The notes below the pieces were generated by a model, which saw only the letters and a program-made list of their open reading frames with translations, was not told the origin of the DNA and did not search any database. A stretch of 62,374 nucleotides of DNA, the filler included, from Choristocarpus tenellus KU-1152 (taxonomy: Eukaryota; Protista; Phaeophyceae): NCBI GenBank assembly GCA_964200185.2. It is 9 parts of 9 records of this genome, joined end to end, with 100 filler letters (N's around TTAATTAATTAA, not from the genome) between each part and the next. Parts side by side here need not be neighbours in the genome. Positions count along the whole stretch, not along the records: positions 11,459 to 14,362 come from CAXNAD020023770.1; positions 14,463 to 19,095 come from CAXNAD020013707.1; positions 19,196 to 39,514 come from CAXNAD020000403.1; 6 more parts are not named here. One strand, 5' to 3'. Of this stretch, positions 11,648-22,973 are shown piece by piece (the first letter of the stretch is position 1; every line of letters starts with the position of its first letter). The position numbers and the translations under genes were made by a program.

Positions 11648-14472
11648 ATCGAGGATAGAGGAAAAGCAAATTAGGAATGAGCAAATAATAATAATCCAGA
11701 ATTCGTGAGCAAAACAAAGTTGTAGGTTCTGTATGATGTAGAGTAACGGGTTGCAGGGAATTAGTATTGAACTACAGTGGGTTTTGCGTATTTGAGTATC
11801 TCTACATTTATTATATTCGGCTGCTCGAACCCCATCGACGTCAGATTTCTTTTATAAAATCTGTTATTGTCCTATAATTATGATTTCAGTTGTGACCATA
11901 AAATAGGATGCACCTTCTAGTATACCTCTTTGGACATCGTAAAGGGGAGGAATGTAAGGTGGATGGATGAGCATATTACTACTCGGAGCACATAGTATCA
12001 CTCTCTTTCCTTGTATTTCTCCTCTCAGAGTTGTTTCCACTAAAACCAGTCTGTCTTGTAACCTATGTTGCCAAAGATCACAACCACAGCTTAATTTCAT
12101 TCATTGGTATGAAGTACTCTTTTTGTCACAAAGGCATTTTCCTAAGGACCTTGAATTGAAAACGTGGGCATAATGGCTGTATTATATAATGACAAACAAC
12201 TTGAAGTCAGCTTAAAGGATAAGAGTTGAACACAATAGGGTCAAAATGGTACAAACACTATAGAAAATATACATACTCCAGATAGGAACGAGACGTATCT
12301 ATCTCATGTAATGACTGACATTTATCATGAGTGCGAAAACAATGGTAACTATTTCCACTCTTGTTCTTGCTATAGTAACAATACATCCTATAATGCTCTT
12401 CGTTCACTATCTGAACCACAGTAAACATTCCTCGGTCAAATTAGAAATGTTTGGCTTACCTGCTACCCCCACCTTCCTAAGCAAACGAGAAACGAACAAT
12501 CCCTATCAAATTTTTGAGGTACTCAAGACAACACGAAAAGCCTATCTGGCAACTAGGGCCTGATCTTGCCCTCACCTAGACCTTTGATATTGAAGTCAGT
12601 ATGGTGAAGACTCTACCTTCAAAGCTCAACCAAACGCCACACGCCATAAATACTCCTTCTCTTCTCCTGTGCCTGGGCAAAACAAATCGATTATCCCTAT
12701 CTGTCCAAGTCATTAACCTGATCCATTGTGGAGTACTGGCCCGTCGGAGGCTCGGCTGTCACAAAATGTTTACGAATCACAGGACCCTTGTAAGGGGTTG
12801 ATGGGCAGTTTAAAGGGAATCTTCATCCTGCATATATCTTGTGTGATTACCCACTGGCTTTGACTATTCGTACGAGTATGTGGCTTACTGCATGTCTGTG
12901 AACACTGGTCTCCTCCAGGCTCTCGTCATTTGGCTATGTTTGCAACTTCCGTCTCTTAGCTTAAAAGTTATACAATAATACTTGTTTGTCCTCTACACAT
13001 GCTATCCACACGGCACTTCTACAGGATTGAAGGTCTGGTCCAAACAAGTGCAGTAAAGTACTCATTTTAATGTTCTTGTCAATGCGTCACCTATTACTTG
13101 ATTATCAAGTTGATTATCAAACCTCTGTACGGTCACGTTCTCTATCCCGCGTGTGGTAAAGGTAAACATTCTGTTCCATCACCTACCTTCCATCATATTT
13201 CACCTTTTCCGAAAGTATATTGTAGGTGTACTCTTTATACACAGGTTGGATCGTGGACCACAAGTATATCAGCTCGTATGAGATGTATCACCACCTTGCT
13301 TAGAGCTGCAAAAATGTTGCCCTCTATGCTTCTTGCCGAACCCTACCTTTGACTCTGCCCAGGAGGTAGCCCTCCTAACCCGACTAACTCGTGAATGCTT
13401 GGCTGCACATGAACTATAATATGTTTTCCCCTTTTCCCTGCCATATCTAAGGTATATAGAATTCCTGTATATGCTCTCACAAAACACAGATTCCTCCAAT
13501 ACCTTCCATGTTCCTAAGCCTTTTGCCGGCGAGTGTTCCGGACTCTGGACTTGGGGTTGAGGGGTTCCATATGATGTAGAATTGCGGGTTGTGGAGAATT
13601 GTGATTGAAATGTAATGATTGTGGCTATTGCAGTACAATATTTGACGGAGGGGGGGTAGAGTGACAAATAGTGGGGTGGCTCAGCCCACCGCACGAGAGG
13701 CAAAGAAGGCATGAACAGAGGTAGCCCAATTGAACTGTAGTACAACAAAAACGTGCAGTAGATAGTATGATAAGTAGTGCAGTGTGTAGAGCCTCCACAC
13801 ATCGATTAGAAATTCCTCAGACAAAACATAAATACTCCAAGTAGTATAAAATAAATTGACGAGTGGAACAAAGCCTCTAAATCGTCGAAGGACCTCCTCT
13901 TTTGGGGGCAGGATGAAACACAGCACTGTGGTTCTGTTCTTGTGCACACTTTATAGACAAGCGATGACAGGGACCCCCAATACCGAATCATTTATAACAA
14001 AGTTGATGGGTGGGTAGCTCTTTGTCTGGATATCTGGGGCCATTTTCAAGCTCTTCATCGTAGAACGGCAAACTATGCGATTTCTTATCTTTCCTGTCAT
14101 CTTTCTTACCCACACATGCGTTATTTAGGGACACTTACCTTTCCTCACTTCCTTTCGACATACCGAGCGTATTCGTGACTCAGTGGTCTAGTTGACTCAC
14201 GAATCTATGGGCTGCAAGCCCCTTTGACGCCAAACTTCTTTTCACGGAAATCTGGTTTCGATTTTGTTGTTCCGTGTTATAAGCTCTATATCAGGCTTGT
14301 GTGTCCCACACTTGCGTCCTGGTGGCCTGGTGGTCAAGGCAGCGACTGTTGAAACCTGAATCNNNNNNNNNNNNNNNNNNNNNNNNNNNNNNNNNNNNNN
14401 NNNNNNTTAATTAATTAANNNNNNNNNNNNNNNNNNNNNNNNNNNNNNNNNNNNNNNNNNNNACATTTAATT

Positions 14473-14619
14473 GAGGAAGGGCTAGAAAAAAAATTGACTG
14501 GGATAAAGTGTCGATATGTTTTTTTTTTTAATTTAATACAAAATATATATATATCGACACTTTATCCCAGTCAATTTTGGGTCAAGCCCATCCTCACCTC
14601 AATGAAAAGCTCCATCCTC
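14473..14619. mobile_element. MITE family C / foldback element
   Basis: Perfect 28-bp inverted repeat AAAATTGACTGGGATAAAGTGTCGATAT / ATATCGACACTTTATCCCAGTCAATTTT, extended imperfectly to GAGGAAGGGCT / AGCCCATCCTC (14595). A second right end AGCTCCATCCTC ends at 14619. AATT flanks both sides (14469-14472, 14620-14623). Confidence 0.7.
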
Positions 14620-16463
14620 AATTTTTGAAATCGGCTGTTATCACCTTCATTTTCCCATCTTATTGTGCCAAAGTTTTTTACTGATGTCACCACTGGTTGT
14701 CATCATGTTTGCAGTATTATTGCTACTATTACTGTGTTGTGTTCCCGCACAAAAGATTTAAAAATAAATACTCCATGAAAATTAATTGGATTGATCCTCC
14801 TCCTAGTAATGATGGGATCTACAACCTTCTATGGCTACATACATGTCAAGTGAAATGAACTGTATGAGAAATGAAAATAGGCATTAAAATATATTATTAT
14901 TATTATTACTATTATTGCTGCTACTGGTAGTACAGCAAACACATGTAGTATTGTGGAAGAAGAGCAATAGTGAGTGGTGATCCAAAAAGGGATACACCCC
15001 CGTCATACTTGGACCAAAAAAGAGGGTACAGTAATTGGGTGTGTTGTTACGATGTGTCAGTCTATCTTCAATGATGATTCCTGAAGTCGAGAACCTTCAG
15101 CGGCAACCATGTTGATTTTATGTCCTTGAAACTTCCTCATTGTGGACTCTTTCTAAGTTACCCGAAGAGTACTATTTGTCTAGTTGTTTGCAAAAGATCC
15201 TCTAGTTGTTGAAGCTCTTCATCCTCGATGATAGTATCATAATGTCATTTACACCTTCCACCACTTCTACCATGTGGTTTATCCTGCTGTTCTCAAATCA
15301 CATGGACAATTGTTTTTCTCTTAGACTGCGATATCACCAAATGCAGTGGGGTATGATGGTTCACACAGAATCCACCATCAAGCCCCAGGACATAATGGTC
15401 TGGCTACAGGCCGGTACATAGCCAGCTCAGAGCTACTGTTCAGGTCAAGAGCTTTGGACATACTTTTCTCGAGAACAATATTTCACCAATGAATTGGGAT
15501 GAAAAAGGGCAACTTTTCGTGGATCCAGTTTTCACCTCTCCAAAACCCATTTCAAATAGAAGATTGATGGTCTGTTTTCTTACACAACTGAAAATTAACA
15601 TTAAGAAAAAAAGAGACTTGACCTGTACAACAGCAGTCACAGATTTGAATATATTTATGGTTCGATGCTCTGACTCTAAAATATGAAATCTACATCATGA
15701 TTGCCTGTGTTAGAATCTGGTTTCATTTTTCCTTAAAAAAAAATAACGAAAAACAAATCCAACAATAGTTCAATGCTAAGCCTGGAAGAATAAAAAAAAA
15801 AAATGCTGCCACCTTGTCTGACTGGATGAGTTATTACTATACTCCATTATAAAAAATACTCTGGTTATTGCTATTATTATTATTATTATTATTATTATAC
15901 CCTGGGTCTATTTGTGTGCATAATATCATCAAAATTACCTCCAGGAAAAATAGGATAGGTGGTGGGCAGTGCATTGACAATACTATTGTGATGGATTCAC
16001 TCTGTATGCTTCTTGGATATACTGTTGAAGTTAGCACAGCAACACTTGATAGTACTGATACCAAAAATTAATATCACATAGTCATCTGCATCGTGACTCA
16101 AGCAACCCCTTGGACACCAACCTCCTCCACTTCTTTCCCCTTCTGTCTTCATTGCTAACTCTTGGCGTGTCCTTTCTACACAAACCAGACAACACACCAA
16201 ACAACACAAAACAAGAACAGGAATACATTTTTGCCTGTGCTGGTCTCCTACGTTTCTCCCTATCAGAAGTCACGCAGTTGTGTTCTAAACTCCAAAACCC
16301 AAAGGTGTTCCCCCCCCCCCAACCATCTTTGATCATCCTTCAGATAAACTGACTCTAACTATAAACCACCCTGCCTTGAATAAAGAGGCCAAAATGTAAC
16401 ATCTGCAGACTTCAAAGTCAAACATGCATCACAGGTTCAAATCTATTCATTCAGTACACTCAT

Positions 16464-18936
16464 TCAGTACCCCCCTCTGCCTCCCCCACCGCCACCCTGT
16501 TGCATCTGTTCAGCCCCTGGAGAACCCATCCTGGGTTGCTGCTGCATTGCTCCTGGGTAAGGGTATCCACCCTCAGGTTCCCCCCCCCCCCCCCCCCCAC
16601 CTCCCCCCCCTCCTGGGGTAGCAGTGGTAGGTCCTGCTGGAGGCATGTTACCTCTTGGGTATCCCATTGTATCGTAGGGTCCCTGGACCTGAGCCTGACC
16701 CTGATCCATCATTTGAGCTCGGCCTTGCTGGGGGGAGTATAGGCCTTGAGAGGGTCCACTAACTCCAGCACTATAGCCCTATAAGGAATGTGGGGGTAAG
16801 AGGACAAGTTGACTATGTTGCAACCAATGCACAATGGCATCACTGAATCAATTTCATCGAGAGGACTTGAGGGACAGGAAACACCTGACATTATTGCCAG
16901 ACCAACCAACTAACCAACTATAGGTGCACTCAGTTCACAGTAAAATTGGCCCCAAGGACACAGAACGGAAATAACTACATATGTTTCTGAAACAAAATTT
17001 AATAAATGATATGTTTTCTTTCATTAAATATATATGACTATAGATGTTGCAATAGTTATCTTTTTAGTGCTTACATTGGCTGGTGGTTTGTACATGGTAA
17101 ATTCCTTGAACTTCTAAAAAAAGATCATGCACTAGCTGAAAGAAATTTTTCTATGGGGGTGCTAGTTATAAGTAACATCTTACGTAACATCTTAACCTTT
17201 CACAAGTCAACCACCACCTCTGGTAAACATCCTATTGTCAAGGATATTCAAAGTGATGCAGCACTGTGTTGAACATTTAAATCGGTGAACTCCCCAAAAA
17301 ATAAACAAGGAGCAACAGGGTGACCACTTCAAACAAAATATTAGCTAACATCACTAAGAGAATGTCCTGTAGGTATGGATAGGCCCCTCCCTCCTTCCCT
17401 CCTCCCCTCCCTCACTCTCTCGATAGGAAGCTCTGCTCTGTGTGCCATCAATCACAACAAAAACAACTACTTCATTTCAAAACAAAAAAAAGCCCTAGTA
17501 AAATACTTCTCTGTTGCAATACATGCATTAGCACAAAGCGGATAGTTACCGATCATGACACATACTTCAAGGATACACTCGTAAAAGTTAAACACAAAAT
17601 GTAAACACCGTACACTCGCAGAAATAGAAAGCGTTCTTAGAACCAACACCTCACAAAAAGAGAACAAGGAACAATAATTGAAAAAACAATAAAAATATGG
17701 TAAGCAAACCCAAACAACTCCATCATAAAACTACTAGGGCACTCTCCTAAGCACCCACCCGGTCATAAGCTCCACCATACCCTTCCCCCCCCCCACCACC
17801 CCCACCACTACCCCATTGATTGCCAGGATACCCCCCATCATTTGCCTCCCTTGAGCCTCCCATTCCCCTTCCCATTCTGGGATCCCCCCCCTCCATCCCC
17901 TGTCCCCAGCCTCCTGCAGTACCCTGAGGCCGACCTCCCCCAGTGTTCTGGTACTCTTGACCTTGCTGTGGTTGCATGTATTGATTGGAAATACCCCTTG
18001 CAGAGTCTCCCTCTAGAACATCCGCCACACTGAAAATTCAGGACAAATTCAAGAGGTGAGGGATAAAAGGGGACGGGGGACATTGGGGTGGGGGGAGGAG
18101 GGAAGGAGGGACAAAGAGATGTTCTAATAAAAAAAGGAAAGGCATCACTTCAATGATAGGAATGAGACCCAAGAACGTTTCTGCCATTGAGGCCAGGAAG
18201 AGGGGTAAGGCATTTTGCAGACGAGTCTCTGGCAGATAAAGCATAGTTAGAGAACTAGGGTTAGGGTTAGTTTCGCTTGCGGCTCGAGTAGGGTTAGGGT
18301 TAGGGTTGAGGTGCCCGTAAAAAATACCAGTTTGTTTCCCTCAAAGAGTGTCAATTATTAGTATGAGAAAAAAAATGGTAACAACTCTCAAGATCTTCTT
18401 GTGGACTTTCCTTATTTTTTCTCCCTATCCTTCAATACAACAATACAATACGACATTCCAACATAACAATACAATACAACCTTACTGTCTTCTTCCTTCT
18501 ATCTACTTCAGTATCACTACTACTGCTACTAACAACAGAGCACATCTATTGATCAAAAAGGCAAAGACTCCATGTAGTCATGTTATATCAGAACTTGAAT
18601 AATATTATCATTATTATTATTATTATTATCTTTTTCTTCTTTCACATTAGTCCAGGGGGAATTGCAAAGAGGTAGTTGTTGATAACAGAACCAAACAGTA
18701 CCAGTACAAAAAATATATAGCAATCAATAAAGGAAAGAAAACGAACTATACCTCTAAGAGATGGAGCAAAACAGAGTTGCAGATTTAAATATATATATAT
18801 ATATTTGACTTCAATTACCCACCCCCCAAAATATAATGAATAGGGTTACAGTCACAGCCTGTCAATTAAAAACTATCTCACCGGGAGGAAAAGCCTCCCA
18901 CAGATGTCTTGATCCTGTGTCCAGTGGTATGCGCCA
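16464..18936 (-). CDS. 3' part of a Gly/Gln/Pro-rich low-complexity protein (5' end lost at contig edge)
   Basis: Exons 18936-18882, 18029-17759 and 16778-16464 (stop) have AG/GT boundaries with compatible phases. They give AHTTGHRIKTSVGGFSSRVADVLEGDSARG...GGAYDRGYSAGVSGPSQGLYSPQQGRAQMMDQGQ...GGRGGY*. Confidence 0.75.
18257..18310 (+). repeat. Interstitial telomere-like (TTAGGG)n
   Basis: Two short runs, TAGGGTTAGGGTTAG and TAGGGTTAGGGTTAGGGTTGAGG, inside an intron. Confidence 0.8.
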
Positions 18937-19245
18937 CTGTAAATACCCCAGAGCCAGCCACAGAGTGGTCAAGGGTGGACCATGTAGTGGAAGTGGGTAT
19001 TGGGTGAGGTAGGTATGAGGAGGGGGGGGGGGGGGGGGGGGGAAAAAAGAAGAAGTTTGAAAAAAAAAAAAAAAATTTATAATATTTTTATTGTTNNNNN
19101 NNNNNNNNNNNNNNNNNNNNNNNNNNNNNNNNNNNNNNNTTAATTAATTAANNNNNNNNNNNNNNNNNNNNNNNNNNNNNNNNNNNNNNNNNNNNAAGAA
19201 AGGGGAGGCCCAAAATTTTTTTCCTTTTTGGGGGGGTTGTTGGGT

Positions 19246-19278
<33 letters not shown>

Positions 19279-20130
19279 GGAGGTGCAGGGAATAGGGCTG
19301 AGCAGTGCCTGGGAATGATACCAGTCAGGACTTTTGCACTCCTCCCACCCCCCAGCCCCACCCATTGCATGGTGGAGAATTGTGTAAGCTCAACTCCTCT
19401 TATCTTCAACTGCTTTCCATTTGCTTCATTGAGGTCCATTGAGACTCGCTCTGATCTTATCTTCATCTCTTTGATGCCTCACCACCAAATACTCCATGTG
19501 CTTGTTTCTTGGTGAACCTCTGCCTCTGCCCACTGTCTGAATAGTTGCAACAAACAAACACATGGAGTATTGTGTTGTACTTAATTTAGGTCATCATAAA
19601 CAGGCACATGCCATGCCCTTGACACATCTTGGTACGGTTGTGTTTTGTCTTGGGTGCTGGCCCTATGTCTTCCTCTATCGAGTGGATCAGTCCTCTTGGT
19701 TTTCATGTCCTGTTTTGGTGTATGTTGGCAGTCCTCAACGGGAATGATAGCCCGATTGTGTTGTCTATATAGGCTCACTACAGGTTTGCTTCTTCAGTTC
19801 CCCCTCTAATGCTGTTGTACTTCTCACAGAAGTGTGTGTCCTTCAACTTTTGCCTAGCTGCAGTCTAATGTGGAGGGAGAGTGGGGATACTGTTTCCTCT
19901 TCAACTCACACAATGAGCTCCTATATTGAATGCTCGTAGTCTATAGGTTACTAAACACATCGTCTTATGGAATTGATATGAATGAGTGGGGAAAGGTATG
20001 GGTTAGTGTCCATAGATCATTCCCCTCAGCCTTGGCATGAGTTAGCTCCCCCCTGCCCCAATGCCTTATTCCTGGTAACCACTGCCCCTTCTGCTTTCAC
20101 TTCTTGAAACAATTGCATCAACAACAACAG

Positions 20131-22973
20131 GTTCAAGTGCTGCCTGACTCCGCTGAAGAGGTATCCCAATTTGATGATGACAACGCCTATGTCAAAATCA
20201 CATCCCTCAAGCCGGTGAGTGATCCCTCCATCCTCTTTCCCTAATCGATCAACTTTGGTTTGGTAAATGTGGGCTATAATTGAAGGGCAGGATAGAGACA
20301 ATTGTTGCCTTAATATATCAAGGTCCAGAATGTATTGTTGCTTTTAAAAGTACGGAGTTTCCAGATATTCTACATGGTAATCAGCGGAAAGCCTTTTTGT
20401 GTTGATCCCCATCAATTTGTGTTGGATCTTCAATGGAGACAAGAATGCTGTCCCATCACCCCATGATCTCGTCTACCCCTCAATCACCTCCAGGTTGTGG
20501 AAGTTTTCCGATCTGGTGAAGGAGCAAAAAAGTTTACATTCAATACACCGTTTACTTCAGGGGGAAAGGCACACGGGTCAACCGCAGAGCAGTGCAAGAA
20601 GCTCACAGAGCTTGAGGTGTGTGGCATAAAATGTCGTGTAGGGCAGGGGGAGGGGAACACACGAGCATCTGTGTTGCGAGGTCTAACTGTTCTTCACCAA
20701 TACTTGTACTTGATGGGTATGGACATGGGTATTTTCTCAATAAATTATTCACCCTCGATACACAATTTGATAGAAATTGATGTTTCTATCTTCACATCCT
20801 GTGGCACTTGCACCTTGGGTATCCATGTGTGAGATCCTTCTTTCAACCTTTTCTTGCCAATAAAAAAAAAAAACGCCTCTTGGGCAGGTGCCTGTCCCAT
20901 TCCCTTGTTGCACAAGCCGGCAGGTGGTCAAGCACCGAAAGGTGACACTGCTGTCTCCCATAGAGTGTTCATTGGATGACATCCGGCAACGCATCACTAT
21001 AATGAATAAGGAGGTGATTGCAAATATTGATCGGGATAGCGACAATAAGGCTCTGACCAGGCTTGTGCATGGAAGTGTCCTACCACAGGCAAGTGTTTTC
21101 TTCTGTATTGTACTGTGCTTTACAATTGCGTTTGTAGTTGGTATTTTAATTGATGTGGAGGCTACATATAGATGGGGGGTGGGGAACAGGTGGAAGATGC
21201 AGAGGGTTACCTAATGCAAGTTGTTGTGTTGGTGAAGGGGATGCCTTCCCTTTGTTGGAAGTTCCTATCTTAGCTGATCTTTGTTTGCCGCCAACAAGAG
21301 TACTGCTGTGTTGGACAATGATCCACCCACCCTGTGTGTTCATTGGATACAAGCGCATGATTATGCAATACACAGTTGTAAAGATGTGTCCTGGGGGTGT
21401 ACTTATGAATGGAGGGGTGTCATTGGTCCTTGGTATTGGTATTGGTGTTGGTGTTGGTGCATACTGGAACCGATTGCTTGGGAATTGCTAGTTTTGTTTT
21501 GGTCTCCTATCTTCGTTCTTTTTTTGTCTTGTCTTGTTTTTTAATGCATGTTTTGAATTCTCTTTCCCTTTTTTATTTTTTGTATGTCTTGCTTCCTTTG
21601 CCGGATATAACCCTCTTCTCCGTTCACAGTTTTTGTACTGGCCTTTGACTGCATGCAGGTCTGAGCATGTTGCATGTTTCTTCTCTGTCGGTGGACAATA
21701 CCTGGTAACTGTTTTGAGCATCATCCTTGCCTTGTCTCTCTTACTAAAATACTCTATCATGCTCTAATCAATCAAACCAACCGTCGGTTGTCAGGTAAAT
21801 GGAGGAGCGGTAGAGGTGGCTGAAACGTTTCTCAAGGCCCTTCCAGATGATTGTGAAGAGTACGAGGATGCTGATGATTCTGAATCCATAATAAGTGTGG
21901 GCTCTTCCCCAGTCAAGAGACGAGGGTCGCAGGGAAGCGATATGACAACTGGTGGGGGGGGTGGGGGGCGGTGGAGGGGGAAGAGGTATAGCCCAGTTGT
22001 TCTGTTGACTGCAGAACAGGCCGCTGTGAAGAGGGAGCTTCTGGCAGAGGCACTGTTGGACTTTCTTGACCTTTGTCGACTGTTAGTTATGAAGACTCGG
22101 ACAGTGCTGAATGTTCCTCGTGCATCAACAGCTGCGTTGACACTCAAACCACCTGGGGAGGAAAGGACACCTGAGGAGGTGAGTTGAGGGTGTGGCTGTT
22201 GGGGGTGGGGTGCTTGCTTACTTGCAACTGACCCGTTGGTGATTGGTGTGCCCATGGAATGATTTTTCGTACTGGTTTGTACTGGTAGAATGGGCAGCAT
22301 GAAGAAGTGTTGGCTGTGTGTGTGTGTGTGTGTGTGTGTGATGCTGAGGACAACTTGATAGGTGTAAAAGTAGTTTGAACATCCAAGGACCAACTCCTAG
22401 GGAGGAGAGGACATATATTGATGGTGTTATAAATCGTGGTTTTTGATTGGTTGAATTTTCTTATGAATGCACGCTACAAGCATTTTCTGTGGACCGTGGT
22501 GATTCCCACTCCTCTATTCTTGCACTGTGTTGATGTTTTGATTATAGAGCCCTAATCGAGTACATTGTGACTTCTTCCCACTAATGCTTTTGATTCACAA
22601 CAATAGAAATCGAGTATTGTAGACTCCCAAAAAGTCTGTAATAGATAAAGAGCTACACTAAGAAAGACAAAAGGCGCTAGCTCCCCTGTACTTCATTCTG
22701 CAGAGAGGTGCAAATAGACCACTTCTGATGGGAAGTCCTGAAGCCTGTCACCTCTACACTCCAACCTATAGTACTAACTCTACATGATTCCGTGATGGTG
22801 CTTGTATTTGATGTGCCTCCGTGATCAAAAAGCAAACAACAGAGCACAACGTTCTCTGGCAAAGGGAAATGGAGAGGGGTTTCCAGAATATGATGTTGGC
22901 TTTGGAGCCGTTCTTGTGCGAGGATGAAGGCTGGCAGGAGCTGGTGCATAATTCCAAGACGTTTACCTTGTAG
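20131..22973 (+). CDS. DOCK: DOCK-family guanine nucleotide exchange factor, C-terminal DHR-2 domain (partial, 5' exons not identified)
   Basis: Exons 20131-20214, 20494-20616, 20888-21088 (GC donor), 21795-22178 and ~22833-22973 (this acceptor uncertain), all phase 0. Motifs AYVKITSLKP, FTFNTPFTSGGKAHGSTAEQCKK, FP..TSRQ.V, LSPIECSLDDI, LVHGSVLPQVNGG and WQREMERGF match DOCK-C/D type DHR-2. Confidence 0.9.
22315..22340. repeat. (TG)n microsatellite
   Basis: Direct reading, intronic. Confidence 0.9.

Noticed and set aside
11860-14340. Scattered ORFs up to 177 aa
   Set aside because: No family motif or exon chain found. Probably decayed repeat sequence, but unassignable.
19360-19536. Minus-strand frame with an in-frame TGA (SIWW*GIKEMKIR...ANGKQLKIRG) as selenocysteine or retro-protease
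   Set aside because: No selenoprotein context or SECIS evident and no D[ST]G catalytic motif. A decayed remnant at best.
21791-22393. 200-aa minus-strand ORF
   Set aside because: Antisense shadow of a DOCK exon plus a microsatellite.
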